From: Heptranchias perlo
Taxonomy: Eukaryota
Assembly (NCBI RefSeq): GCF_035084215.1
Contig: NC_090325.1
Location: forward strand, 186,000,001-186,064,000
Length of the DNA: 64,000 nt
Reading direction: 5' to 3'
Translations under genes and position numbers: made by a program
Shown: positions 11,281-24,975 of the stretch, piece after piece
Numbering within the stretch: the stretch's first letter is position 1
How the letters are laid out: every line of letters starts with the position of its first letter
Notes under the pieces: model-generated
Database searches by the model: none
What the model was told of the DNA's origin: nothing
Seen by the model: only the letters and a program-made list of their open reading frames with translations

Positions 11281-12899
11281 TTCCATGTCCACATTATATG
11301 GATGCACACATCACCAACAAGCCCACACTATTAAATAAGGTAACCGGTTTTGGTTGAATTTGTTTTTAAATACAGATGCCATGCTGAGTCTATCCGCAAT
11401 TTACCTGGCACTGTGATTTGGCAGTTGATGATGTGTGCAATGTTAAATATACCAATAAATCTTCATTATCGTTTCAGATGCGCTCCTGCTCGTGTTTAGC
11501 AGTCCCTAGGCATTACATCTGCTCATGTGTAATGTGGAAACATAATTTTCAAAGAGAAGCAATCTCTATGGGAGGCAGTGCTGCTTTCCACTCACTGAGT
11601 GTTTTGTGTAAAGTAATCAAACTGAAGGGAGCTCCCGTATACTCGTGGCGTTCAAAAGAAAAATAAAACGAACTTTTGGCTCAGTAACAGTTGGTCGCAC
11701 TTTCCTTTCCAAATCGAATCTAATAATCAGAAAATTATTTTGATTCGAAGGCTGCATAATTCACCAGCTAATGGACAGAATTATTTCCTTCCCCACAAAC
11801 CCCAAAGAGAACAATTTAATGTAACATAAAATCATCTTGCAACAATTAGATGTAAATATGGTACCTAAAAGTGATGTCTGCATTGACATACAGTGGATTA
11901 ATAATTTTCTGTGTCAAGTTTTTTTGGGCTGGAATAATTTGACAGGCTCCTAAGAGCCACATATGTATTAATGTCAATTATTTCTTGAGATCTCTGACAT
12001 GTCAGATGAAGTCAATTTAATTTAATAAGGAAACATTCAGTCTGAAAAGAAAAACTGATATCCAGTGAGATACATGTACATTGGATTCTTAGAGGGATAA
12101 TGTGAGAAGGGGATTAATTCCACATGGAGTGACAGATTAGGCAGCTCTGACACATCCATGTGAAGAGGGCCAGTTGTAGAATGAACCATTTATCTACCTC
12201 ACGCCTGACAGCTAAAACGTTTGCTTCAGCTCAGGTGCGGTGTGGATCAGATCCAAGAAAAGCTCCTTTGAAGTCCAGCCATCAGCCAGTTTTATTCTGC
12301 TGCGTTTTCATTTAGGTTTTGGGTGGCTGGTTTCTGTGAGCTGATTCCGAGGAGGGTGGGGTGGGGGACATCCGCCGGAAACGGGCGTGAAGTCGGTGCA
12401 GCAGGGGCGTCGCCCGCCTGAAGCCTGAAGGCGTGGGCTGCAGCTCGCTGGTTGTGGGGGGAGGGGGGTGCGGGAAATCAGCCACTTCCCGCACTGAGTC
12501 GGCCAGCAGGTCAGGCCTGGAGGGGGGGGGGGGGGGGGGGGGCGGGGGTGGAGGGGGCCTATCCCAAGTGGCAGGCGAGCACAGGCTGTCGGCGGCCTGG
12601 TGTATTTTTGTAGGGCTAGGGAGAGCCCAATTTCAAGCGCTCATGACTAGTTTCAGAAAGATTGTTTAAGCTGCTTATGGCACAGAATTATTGATTCCAC
12701 ATGTCACTCCAAGCATTTGCCTCAGGTGTCCCCTTTCCTGCTGCTCATCCTATTTCAGGTGTTAATCCACCTCAGTTGCAGCTACCTTACTTCCCGTTCT
12801 GACAGTCATCAAATTGGAATCAGCTGTAAATTAGCGTTCAGCACTGAGGTACAGTCCTGGCAATTTTCTAACTGGTCTTCATCGAAGCATAGAAGGTCC

Positions 12900-13200
12900 C
12901 AAACCCACGACCTCCACCACCTAGAAGGAGAAGGGCAGCCGGTGGATGGGAATACCATCACTTCCAAGTTCCCTCCAAGTCACACACCATCCCGACTTGG
13001 ACTTATATCGCCATTGCTTCATCGTCGCTGGGTCAAAATCCTGGAATTCCCTACCTAACAGCATAGTAGGAGCACCTTCACCACATGGACTGCGGCGGTT
13101 CAAGAAGAAGGCCCACCACCACCTTCTCAAGGGCAACTAGGGATGGGCAATAAACGCTGGCCTTGGCAGTGATGCCCACATATCAAGAATGAACAAAAAA
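12900..13200 (+). mobile_element. CR1-group LINE 3' end (ORF2 C-terminus plus tail), partner of SINE family B
   Basis: Translation FIVAGSKSWNSLPNSIVGAPSPHGLRRFKKKAHHHLLKGN*, then gggcAATAAA and an A-rich end. Confidence 0.75.
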
Positions 13201-13694
13201 TGCAGGAAACAATAAGGGGTTCCAGTAAAGTCACCCTTGTGTTGACTTGGGCCTTAGAAAGGTAAATTCATCGGCCCCAGGCCCAGAGACCTGGTGCTAC
13301 CATGTGCATGTTTCTGAGTCGGTTCCCGTGAGCTCTACTCCTCGCTGGGAGTGGATGATTGGTGGATTTACCCTCTAATGCATTGATAGAAGTAGTTTGA
13401 CACTGATGGCACCTCCCCAAAACTGGCAGCAAATTCCCCAGTAAAGGAAGCAGTCAGCGGCAACGGGCACTGCCATAGCAGATGGTTCTCAGTCATGCCC
13501 TGGATGAAAGACCTATCTGAGGCTCCAGGAAAATGCTTCCTCTGGAGGCGGAGATGGCAAAGACCCTTAGGTGGATTAAGTGGTTTTACTACCAGTGCGT
13601 ACAGACCTTCCTTCGCCATTAGGGAAGATACCAGACACAACAAAATTGATTCCATAGTTGCATTTGCAGTGAAAACATGGAGTGGCAGACAATA

Positions 13695-14030
13695 TTGGAG
13701 ATTTAATAGAGTTGTTCAAAATTATGAGGGGCTTTGATAGAGTAAATAAGGAAATACGGTTTCCACTGGCAAGAGGGTCAGTCACCAAAGAAAACAGATC
13801 TAAAATGAACGAGGGAGGTATTGTGGAGAAAATTCTTTACACAGTGAGCTGGAATGCACTGCCTGCAAGGGTGGTGGAAGCAAATTCAATAATACCTTTC
13901 AAAATAGAACTGGATATATACTTAAAATGGAAAAAAGTGCAGGGCTATGGGGAAAGAGGAGGGGAGTGGGACTAATTGGACGGCTCTTTCAAAGAGCCGG
14001 CACAAACACGATGGGCCGAATGTGATTCTA
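13695..14030 (+). mobile_element. CR1 LINE 3' fragment
   Basis: GDLIELFKIMRGFDRVNKE...WNALPARVVEA...FKIELDIYL. Confidence 0.85.
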
Positions 14031-14270
14031 TATTGGAGTATTGTTCCAGGATGTAGTAAGGCATTCATTTTGCCAGTGCTTTAAGGTTGTAATGGATTGA
14101 GAAAGATGAAAAATAAAATCAAATGGCAGAAAGCTTCTACATGCCATGCAAGGACGGCGAGAGGGAACTTCCATAGCTCTGCTTTGCTCAGGGGACATTT
14201 AGAATCATTGGCCTTGAATTTACACTGTGCAATGGTTAACATTCGTATGCCGATCTTCGCAAAAACATGG

Positions 14271-14374
14271 GGCAGAACTTTCAGTTTCAGCAGGTGCCCA
14301 AAACAGATCAGCCAGTCGGGCTGCCAACCCAATATCGCCCGTTTCACGCCCCTGCTGAAGTTGAAAGTTCCGGC
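14271..14374. mobile_element. ~105-bp MITE
   Basis: ggcagaactttcagtttcagcagg matches the reverse complement of 14351-14374, gccggaactttcaacttcagcagg, at 20/24 positions. Confidence 0.65.
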
Positions 14375-14449
14375 GGTAATTTCAAGGCTGTTGTCTAATT
14401 CAGTCCCTCCATCAGTTCAACCTCTTGCATCCTTAAGAGGGACACTATG

Positions 14450-14890
14450 AGAACATAAGAACATAAGAACATAAGAAATAGGAGCAGGAGTAGGCCAATC
14501 GGCCCCTCGAGCCTGCTCCACCATTCAATAAGATCATGGCTGATCTGATCCTAACCTCAAATCTAAATTCATGTCCAATTTCCTGCCCGCTCCCCGTAAC
14601 CCCTAATTCCCTTTACTTCTAGGAAACTGTCTATTTCTGTTTTAAATTTATTCAATGATGTAGCTTCCACAGCTTCCTGGGGCAGCAAATTCCACAGACC
14701 CACTACCCTCTGGGTGAAGAAGTTTCTCCTCATCTCAGTTTTGGAAGAGCAGCCCCTTATTCTAAGATTATGCCCCCTAGTTCTAGTTTCACCCATCCTT
14801 GGGAACATCCTCACCACATCCACCCGATCAAGCCCCTTCACAATCTTATATGTTTCAATAAGATCGCCTCTCATTCTTCTGAACTCCAAT
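14450..14890 (-). mobile_element. Young CR1 LINE 3' fragment with an octamer tail
   Basis: Clean frame EFRRMRGDLIETYKIVKGLDRVD...[14 protein letters not shown]. The tail is (aacataag)x3 at about 14452-14475. Confidence 0.9.
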
Positions 14891-15754
14891 GGAAGGAAGC
14901 CTGCAGCAGAAACTCTGTTCTAATTGGAAGGAACGAAGGAGGTAACAGAGAATGTGTAAAAACTCAGTGTTGGCATTTGAAAAATCGTCTCGTTTCCAGA
15001 GTTAAGTGGCACATAATAAAAATGGCATAAAGAGAAACACGAGCACTGTTTAAGGTAGGTTGGTTTTTCAACAATATGATTCATATTCATTTCACTAAAA
15101 GCTGATAAATGTGTTCAGTGTTGACAGAAATAGCGGCAGCGCACAGAGACACAACTGAAGACTACTTCACCAGTATAGAGTTATCACCCCAGTTGCACAA
15201 TAAATAATCAGATGTCATTGAAATTATTGCTCAAATTGGTCAAGCTAAAAAGAATTGCGATAAATACACAGGATAATTTATGTCTGAATGTATGTACTGA
15301 TTTCTCCACGTCTTTTACAAACGTAATACCAGACAGAATATGTTGTTGATATGCATGTACTCTTTGGATGATTAACTCTTCATCTGGTACAAAGGCATTT
15401 TAGACAGAATACACTCACCCATGCTTGTGTTAAACAATATCTTTTCACAAGTATATGGCATCTTATGAATGCATCCAACAACAATCTTAGTAAAAACAGA
15501 AGTATTAAAAAGAAATTCAGTAATAAACAACTTTCAAAAGTACTCCTTGCGTAGAAGGGTAAGATTCAATGAACCAGAAGTAGCAGGTGAAAGGGTTAAA
15601 TGATGCAGAAGAAAATTCAAGGGCAAAATGTTAACAAAAAGAGACTTCTTTTTAAAATTGGAAGAAATAAGCCAAGTTGCCATGTGACTGTGAGTGTAAT
15701 CAATGGGACCATTTCGACACCACCGTCACGATGTTAGAAATTGAATTAAGAGTA

Positions 15755-16145
15755 CAATAGTGTAGTGGTAATGTTACTGGTCTAATAATCCAGAGACTGA
15801 GTTCAAATCCCACACTAGCAAGTTGAGGTGAAAAACAATCTTAGAAATTTAAAAAAACTGGTATCAGTAAAATTGACCACAAAGTTGTCGGATTTTTTTT
15901 TAAAAATCCAACTGGTTCACTAATGTCGTTTAGGGAAGGAAACCTGCCGTCCAGTCTGGCCTATAAGTGACTCCACACCAACATGACTGACTCTTAACTG
16001 CTCTTTGCATTGGCCTAGCAAGCCACTCAGTTGTATCAAAACTATTAGTGTTTCAAGAAGAAAATGCCACCTTCTCAGGGCAACTAAGGACGGGCAATAA
16101 ATGCCAGCCTTGCCAGCGGCATCCACATCCTGAGAACGAAAAAAT
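15755..16145 (+). mobile_element. tRNA-SINE family B, near full length
   Basis: Head gtgtagtggtaatgttactgg...gagttcaaatccc, the shared core and the LINE-derived tail. Confidence 0.8.
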
Positions 16146-16979
16146 AGTAATCAGAATTATTACATGCCTCCACAGTCACCACTCTCTATGTATAAAACAT
16201 TCTTCTCTTGGCTACAAGGGGGAAGCACAAATGAGCAAGGTTGCAGAGCACCTCTATAAGGAGGGAGGAAAAATTGGAAGGAGACGCAACACAGGCTGTT
16301 CTTTATTGCACCTTCCAGTGAGTCATTGCACAATATAATTGCATAAGTGTGGAGACAGGTCTCTGCTGTCAAGGCCTGGTTAGGAGATGAGGCAAAGAAA
16401 GAGAGCTAAAGAGGCAGAGAGAAAAAATGCTAAATATATCATCCATTTGCAATTTACCCTAGCGCCATATTCATAAATAATGGCAGATAGAGCAGCATAG
16501 CAGGCAATTTGGAATACTACGATAAAAAGTTTTCCATAAATACAAAGAATTAAATTTATGTTGGCAGCAAGCTGGAAACATTTGGCCCAGCTCTCACCAT
16601 TCACTTTTAATCACAGTGTTTATTCAACTGTATAAATGCTATGTGGTAATTTATAGGGAAACAGCAGGATTGTTGACTGTGAGCACTGGTTCGTCTCAAG
16701 CACTTAGCAAAACATTGAAATATTTTCCTCCAACAAATAACATTTTGTCACAGATAAATCATCTTGCAACATTCCCCTTGCTGTGCTCTCAACTAATACA
16801 TTCAAGCACTGACAAAATATTGTGACTTTGATGGGTATGTTACCTCGCACTACAATGCATTTACTCTGAGACTTATGGATTATGGATGTTTTCATGTATA
16901 ATATATTGCAAATCTATTTTTAAAAAGTACAATCACACAGTATAATGTGAAACCTTTTATTGAACCAACCAGGTGAATG

Positions 16980-17620
16980 TATGTACGCAATACAACTGAG
17001 TTTTTGCCAATGTTGCTGGGATACTGGTGCTTCATCAATACCGATTGCTTTTTCAATCTGTAGTTGCAATGTCCTGGGCTGATGGCTACTGATTTGCCAG
17101 TCAGATGGCGAGGGCTCCAATAAAGAGACTTCCTCTCTGCCAAGGTCTTGGTTAACAATTAGTCCAAGGCATGTCGTTATTCCAGCTTTGGAGAAATAGA
17201 GGTTTCTTGGTCTTGATGGTATCAAATTAAGTTTCCAGGTACCTCCTCGCCATCTTTTCCCTTCCCCCCTCCCATTTCAGTTTCTGGTTAATTGGATTCG
17301 ATTATCAGCTCGGCGAGGTGAGGGGAGATAGAAAAATGTCACCGGAATTACAGCAAGCACGGTATGTGGAAAGACACGAGTACGACATTGTTAAGATGTT
17401 ATTGAAGGCATTCTTTGGAACGGGTCCTGACTGTCGCAGCAGGTATCACTTGGACTCACCTGAAAGCCAACAAGGAAGGAACCCTGCTGTGTGGAGAATC
17501 ATTAACAGCCAAAGCTACAGGTCTGCCTCTGGAACACAATTACAGCACTGTCTGGAAGTAGGGCCCCTCAGTCACCAGTAACACACTTTTCAAAGCCAAA
17601 TATGTTTTTGGGTATAACAA
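16980..17620 (+). mobile_element. Possible ancient L1/Tx1-type ORF2 C-terminal relic
   Basis: Frame-broken peptides GLQ*RDFLSAK, SKACRYSSFGEIE, WRIINS and CLWN occur in the order expected for a Tx1-like C-terminal region. The similarity is weak. Confidence 0.3.
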
Positions 17621-18849
17621 AATGACACAGCTGATGGTCCCTCTTATTTTAGAATGGGATTGCTTCAGAGCGTTGGGACCATAGGCATCCTGTGAGTCTG
17701 CAGTGGCGCTGCCAGAGCTAGAGAGTACTGGATTAGAACAGCCTTTCCCACTTAGCTATTCAATAGCAACTCACACATGGGCAGCTTACACTTGAGTCAC
17801 TGACAAACTGATGACACTCAGGTAAATTTTCAGAGTCTGGCTTGATGGGAGCACGGTTCAGAGAATTGGGCACAGAGGTCAGTGGTCCCAATTCATGGCG
17901 CTCCTGGTTTACAGGATAGTTCGATAGGAAGCTGTTCCTACACAGAGGCTGACGACAATTCCACTTCTCACCCATTTTATAGCAATGTGAACCAGTTGAG
18001 GATATAAGCAACAGGACTTTACTGAGGATCATGTCATTATGATTTGAGAAGCTGGCACGGTTAGAAGAGAGGATGACCAATGTCTTATCATGTTTGGCCT
18101 TTCTTATAAAGTTATTCTGCTCGTATTTTAATCAGGCTGCACACACAAAAACAGAAGATTTGTGCAGACAAACCATAGACATGACCTGTGGGATTACTTT
18201 GATCAAACACAATAATCTGTTGTGACCAGAAAATCCTTCACATCGGTGTCTCAAAAAAGAATCGGATTGTTAAAGTCTTGATAGTTGCCACAGGAAGGCC
18301 CCTTTCTCAACCCTTTTCTCCTTCCCTTTTTCATTGTCTATGTTCCATTGTGTTATTGTCTCACTAAATCCATTACCAGGCCAAGATCTCTCGCCATTAG
18401 AATGCTATGGAGCATAGGTACAACATTAATTAACATCCTTCTGTTTAGAGTAAGGATAGGCCTTACTACAGAATGGAATATCTGATCACTGGACCCAAGA
18501 AATGACCTTCTTGAAACTACAGAGTAAGTTTTGTTGTCATCACCTGGCGGTAATCTGGTGAAGTGGATTCTGGGGAGATTCCTTCAGCTGCCAGTACACA
18601 TCCAATAGCAGCTGGTAGTGATACAGCCAGAGACAGAGGAAGAAACCGCAGCAGACATGGGGGTGGGGAGGCAAGACTAGAACAGCACAGTTAATGGAAG
18701 AAAAAGCCTCACCAGAAATTGCCAAGAAAAGGAGAGGCAAGAAAACAAACAGAAAGGAACCAGTGGAAAGAAAAGGCATTAGTAACAAAGTGAGCAGTAG
18801 ATTGGCTACAGCTTGTTGAAAGCACTGGTGATACTATTTCAGGAAATTA

Positions 18850-19150
18850 CGCCTTTCAGATGATACGTTAAACCCAGGCCCCATCTGCCATTTCAGGTCC
18901 CATGGCACTATTCGAAAAAGAGCAGGAGAGTGCTCCCCGGTGTCCTGGCCAATATTTATCCCTTAACCAACATCATTAAAACAGATTATCTGGTCATTGT
19001 CTCGTTGCTGTTTGTGGGACCTTGCTGCGTGCAAATTAATTGCCGTGTTTCCTACATTACAACAGTGACTACACTTCAAAAATATTTAATTTGCTGTAAG
19101 GCACTTTGGGATGTCCTGAAGTCATAAAAGGCACTGTATAAATGCAAGTT
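18850..19150 (+). mobile_element. DeuSINE, 5'-truncated
   Basis: Matches 4130-4440. Confidence 0.8.
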
Positions 19151-20469
19151 ATTTCTTTCTTTTCACTGCCATGAGACTTATGCTGTGGCAGAACACTTGG
19201 TTTCAGTAACTGACAAAGCAAATGGCAGTATGGAAACAGGGAGCTTCTGGAAATGCACTGTTCTTCCAGTAGACTGGCTCTTAACACTGCATGGTGGTGT
19301 GACAATGATATGTGGCAAGAGGGCTTTTGAGAAGCAGTGGAAGGTGCACATGGAACTCTTCCCCATCGACTGCGTGTCAATGGAGCTCTGGGACTGTGCG
19401 TTGTATTGTCACCAATGGTTTTAGATACGGGAGCATTATTCAGGTCCAACCATCATTTCACTGTTTTATCAGCTCTTCCCTCAGCCTCTTCTTTGATTGA
19501 GGGCCCAGCAAGAACAAGCAATCTTGGAATAAGGCATTTGGTTTTGTACACAGACGTACCTTCTAGAAATAAAGTCAGCCGCCCGTAAAGGCAGCACTGA
19601 TTTTAGCATATCTATTAATTTAGTTATGCAAATTTCACCATTATCTTTACAGATACATTTTTTCCTAACGAGGGGATATATGATTGGATTCTGTAAAATG
19701 CTGAATGAAAATGAATTAAGTCATGAGTGACAAAGTATGTATTGTGTGTATATATAGTTGATTCTCAACAGTGAAATAAAAATTAATGTTTCACTAAAAG
19801 TCTCACTGGACGTTCAGCATATGACATAAAAATGTTTCATTTGTTTTGTCAGGTTATATTTTCAGTGACTATCTTAACAAAAAAGTTATGCCTAAAATCT
19901 GACCCCAGTTGTTCATTGCTGTGCTCTGTCCCCTACTTGGAGTGTTGGAGCTTCATTTGCAAGTCACGTTTGAGGTGGTAATTGTCAGAGAGAAGAGGCA
20001 TCAGAAGAGCAACACTGCAGTGAAGTAACAGCAACAAGAAGATGAGCTTCTCACGATGTGTTGAGTGGGTCAGTGGTGTAGCTGATAAGATACCTGTAAA
20101 TCCGAATGGATTTTGTCTGTCGGAGAGAGTTCAACGTGGCTGTTGATGGACAGTAATGGGTACGTTTAGAGCAGGTATTTCAGTGAAAGTGTTTTTAGCC
20201 ATCAAAATCCTCAGTCACTGGTCCATAATGGAGGTATTTTGTACATTTGAACAGAAGTATAAGAAAACCATAATGTTTTGATCTGATCTGTATAATATTC
20301 ACTCCAGATATGAAGAAATGACTTTTCAGGTGAATATCAAAGATCCCATGGCACAATTCGATGAGGTTAATGGTGTGAAAATCAACGGGTTCTATACCAA
20401 GTGGGTCCCACATTTGACACCCTCCAACCCTTCTGTTTAAATACTACTGATTTCTCATCTACAGTTTGT

Positions 20470-20940
20470 ATTTTCCTTCCATTTAATCTGGACATTTAAT
20501 TTGCTCACCCATCACCTCCGTCCTCACTGACTTACATTGGCTCCCTTCTCCCAATGCAATCTCATCCTCTTTTTCATGGCCTTGCCTGACCCTACCTAAG
20601 GAACCTCCTCCAATCTCACATCCTGCCCCGCACCCTTTGACTCTAGCCCCCTGTACATCCAAATCCTCCCTTTGCCCCATGATTCAATAGCTTCCATCTG
20701 CCTCGGGCTTGCTTTCTCGGACTGTCTCCCTAAGCCCTTCTGATTGTCCACTTTTCTCTTCACCTTTAAAAGCCTTCTTAAAATCCAACAGGTTTGACCA
20801 AGCTTTCACTCACATCTCCTAACTCTTCACCAATGCTGGGTGCCTGTGCCTTTTATTTACCTCCAATTTTTTCCTGCCTTCTATGAAGCATCTTTGGACA
20901 TTTTATAGTTAAAGGCATTAATAAATGCAAGCTGTTGTTT
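20470..20940 (+). mobile_element. Diverged L2 LINE 3' fragment
   Basis: tcacccatcacctccgtcctcactgacttacattggctc (the L2 PITPVLxxLHWL motif) and the tail aaaggcattaataaatgcaag. Confidence 0.7.
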
Positions 20941-21289
20941 AGTTTTATTTTGTTTCTACCAAATGTAATATAATATCTTTTTTATATCTGACTAAAAAAA
21001 GACTTTAAAAATACTTTTCTTACCTTGGTTGTTTTTCTTTCCAACTCCTACAGTTCATTTTGGAAATTGGAAGAAAATATTCTTTTAAATGGGTTTTGTT
21101 GATTAAAAATTAGCTCCAAAGACCATTGTTTATCCAATGAAAGGTGAAGATTGACATGGTCATATTATAGATAATATTAGATTAATCTCTGCTGTCTTTT
21201 TTTGTTTTGAAACAACAAAGGGAGGCTGATCAAGTATAACTACCAGCAACCCCCAGAGAGTGCCCAAAAGGGGCCTCCCAAAAAACTTC

Positions 21290-21686
21290 AAACCAAGAAT
21301 TACTTTCGAAGTGCAGTCACTGTTGTTATGTAGGCAAATTCCACTGTAAATTTGCCAATGGCAAGGTCCTACAAAATGCAAATGACGTGAATGTGAATCT
21401 GTTTTAGCTGGTGTTGATTGAGGAAGGAATGTTGAGCAAGACACTCGGAAGACTCCCCACTCTTCTTCAAATAGTGCCATTGGGGCTCTTACATCAACAG
21501 CAACAGGCAGACAGGGCCTCAGTTTAACATTTCATCTAATAGACGGCACCTCCGACAATGCAGCACTCCCTCAGTACTGCATTGTAGTGTCAGCCTAGTT
21601 ACGTGCTCAAGTCCTGGAATGGGGCTTGAACCTGCAATTTTCTGACACAGAGGCGAGAGTGCTACCGACTGAGTCAAGCTGACACT
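21290..21686 (-). mobile_element. DeuSINE
   Basis: Antisense to 3985-4370. The tRNA-like head is at 21615-21686. Confidence 0.8.
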
Positions 21687-23237
21687 GAGCTCATCCATAG
21701 CAACATCCTACTGTGATAGTATAAAAGGTGCCAATTAAACGTTGATGCACGAGGTCTCCATCCAATGACATCACTGGAACAGCAAGCCTCAATTGTGCTT
21801 AGGGTTCTATGTGTAAGCGGCATTGGGCACTTCAACGCGCATACAGGATAATAAATCTGCAGTGCCTCCCTGGAAAGAAAGATAGCTGCTTTTAGAGGAG
21901 TCACCAGCTGTGTTGTGCCCTCACAAATTGCCTCATTATAACCAGAGAATGCAATAGAAGCCACAGCAAGCTTCCTCTCCTACATTAAAGGCCTGAGGCT
22001 TTATTAGACTTTGGGCAATTACAGACATGACTATAAATATATAATGGTTTTCTTTGTCAAGCTTTGAAAGTCAAAATATATCAAATTGATGAAATTTACA
22101 TAAGAACATGCTCCAAAAATGTTTTTATTGCTCTGCGCTTATTGCATTTAGATAACTGATCATTTATCCCAACAAATTAAAGATTTTAAAAGCATATCAT
22201 GCTGTCTTAAACATCTCACTTATGAAATGCCTCAGGGTGACAATATCAATGCTGCACAAGAAGGCCCGCAGGTTTTAATAATTTCAGTTTTGAAAGTCTT
22301 GCACAAATTTGGGGAAATAAAGCATTTTCACTTAACGTGGGATATAATTTTTTTTTACTGGGACTACATTCACAGGGACAGTCTGATTATAAAGTTACGG
22401 TTGCAAAGAATTACAGTGGCCCCCTTTATAACCAGCGCTTATAAGGGACACAGAGTTAAACTGTTATTTTTTAAAATATATTATTCATTCTCGGCATCTA
22501 GGTATCTCTGGCAAGGCCAGCATTTATTGCCCATCCCTAGCTGCCCGTAAGTGAGTCACTTGCTAGACCACTTCAGAGGCAGTTTAAGAGTCAACCGCAA
22601 TATCAGAAAGCAACATCTGGTTGCATGGTAGCGCAGTACATTTGAATAGCTATAATTTTTAAGCAATTCTCAACTGCACAATAACGTGCTGCTGTGAAAA
22701 TAACTGCTCGTTATATAAAGAGGCGCTCAGAGCAACAGGAGTGCTTCCGTTTTTTTTGTAATCTCTGAAGGTTTGCTAGTGAAATCTCAGAAAGCTCAAA
22801 ATTGTCCGGTTGACATAATCTACAACATGAATGTTAGCAATCACCATTGTCAGTATTTGCTAAACATGTCGTTTCACTCCCCTGTTGTTTCAGGGTGTTA
22901 ATTAAATACAGACAATCAGGCCTATGAAAGGGTGCAATCTCCAGTCATTGTGTCATCTGGGAAGGAATCACAACTTGCGATTGCCTCCGCTGCCAGTGAG
23001 CTGCAACGGTTTCATTCGAAATGTAGTTTACAGAGGTATGAAATTGTGGTGAGGTCCCACTAGCCTGGAATAACCCTGAATAGTTGGCTTTTTTTTTAAA
23101 ACTGTTTCCACTCCTCAGTATTGCTGTACACCATCAGAAGATTGAAGCTCAGAAGGCAGTTAGAAGACCAGCCTGCTTGCCCCATTCAAAGCAGCTCTGA
23201 AACCACCCGCAAGTGTGACTCCAGTTAATGGCCAGTT

Positions 23238-23942
23238 GGGCCGGAATTTCCTGGCTCGCTCTTCCGCTGAAATTAGGTCGAGATTTACACCCGTTTTTAC
23301 ACCGATCTTGCTCGTGGCGACTTGCACCCAAATTTCCTGAGAATCTTACTGGCATACGCCGGAACGTAATAAAATCAACGAAAAACAAGTGGAAATCAGC
23401 TGAACAACTGGGACCAAGGAAAGGATGGAACATACGACAGCTTTATCTTTACCTTAGTGATGTTATGAAAATTGAAGTCTGAAGCCATCAAACCATCTTT
23501 AAGCAAGACATGTTTAAGAAAATATAATTGCGGAAGCTTTTCTCTCTGTATTGTAAAAATTCCGTTGCCATAAAAAGCATTCAGAGATGTACAAAATACA
23601 ATGCAGGTCTCAGTAAGGAGAAAAAAAAATTGCTTAAAAAAAACTATTAAAAAAATCAGAAATACTGACTTTGGGTCCTGCTGCGCTTAAAACTGGCGTA
23701 AATGCAGGAAACTCGCGTTCTCTGGTCATTTGCATGGGACGGGGCTATGTTACTGAGCTAAACGGAGTTATGGCGGACTTAATTCGGGAGCAGTGCAAAT
23801 GATGGAGGAAATTTGCGTGTAGCAATGTTTCGCCATCAAACCGACGTAAATCAGTTATGTGTGAATTTCCTCAGGGTAAAAAATTGAGCAACTCCACTCT
23901 GACACCATAGTTATGCCAAAATCTGCCAGGAAATGCCAGGCC
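23238..23942. mobile_element. ~700-bp non-autonomous DNA transposon (MITE)
   Basis: Left end gggccggaatttcctggc matches the reverse complement of the right end, ggcctggcatttcctggc, at 15/18 positions. The interior is CpG-rich. Confidence 0.5.
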
Positions 23943-24975
23943 AATGGCGTCATGTGAACAACAGCAAGAGAAGGTTTAGTCTTGCCCTTCAAGGTAACCC
24001 TTGGTTATATTTTCCAGAAATAGCATAGTCTTCAATTTTTAAACAGGGCAAAGTGAACAAATGGTGTTATGTGGGCGGCAGCTGATTAAAGCTGCAACAT
24101 GGCAAAGTAAATGCTACGTTATTTATTAAGACATAGTACTACACTCAGCAGAGCATGGTGCACTTTAGAGATTTGGGCCATATCTTCTTGGTGTCACCTG
24201 GGTCAGTATTGAAGCTAAGGGCGGGCTGAGCACTGTACCACTGGAAGCTATTTGCCAACTTGCAATCAGAAACTAGCACCAATGCAAAAATATCTCTTTG
24301 TTCTGTTGTGTAAAGCTTTGCTGCGTATTCATGGAATCTGCAGTTCTGTAGTTCGTTCAGAGCACATTACAGGTGAATTAATGAAAACTATCCCAGGTTA
24401 TTAGAGTTTATTCCCTTTAACCTGATCAAGAGATTTATGGCGAGGAGTCTGCAAGGATTCCCCCCTCATTGTGGTTTAATCCTCATTAGCCAGGGTTCTA
24501 TGCACCAGTTTGAAGGGGATAGTTATAAGTCAATGCTAGATGCACGTCTACATGTACACCAATGGAATTCGGCAGTACGTTAAATGTCCAGTCTTGTTAA
24601 TGAACCTTTCAGAGTCACGCGAATCACCCCATATTTCACTCAAGTCTTTATGAGTTATTAATCTATGAGTTGTTGGAATTTAATCACTGAGCAATGTCTT
24701 ACAAAGACAATGGTGCCCAATTTAAGTTAAGTGCAAATTGTTTGCAGTATAATTAATAATTTGCCAGCTGGGCTCTGGTGGCATTGCTCACTGTGAGTCA
24801 TTGTTTCACGATAATTGGGACATTATCAACAAAGTGTGATGCTTACAGGAAGTGCATGCTACCTAATAGATTTTTAATTTTTATAGATCATAATTCAACC
24901 TTCATGATACGACAAAGCTGCTACGGACATATTTGTTCTAAGAGGTCCTGAGTTTAATAGGTCAACATATCTGTA

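Noticed and set aside
12522-12552. Poly-G run encoding poly-Gly
   Set aside because: It is a homopolymer inside a GC-rich repeat relic and its length may be a sequencing artefact.
17281-17442. Host exon FWLIGFDYQLGEV...
   Set aside because: Splice-like signals exist, but I recognise no protein, find no partner exons, and the region may be a retroelement relic. Kept only as a low-interest finding.
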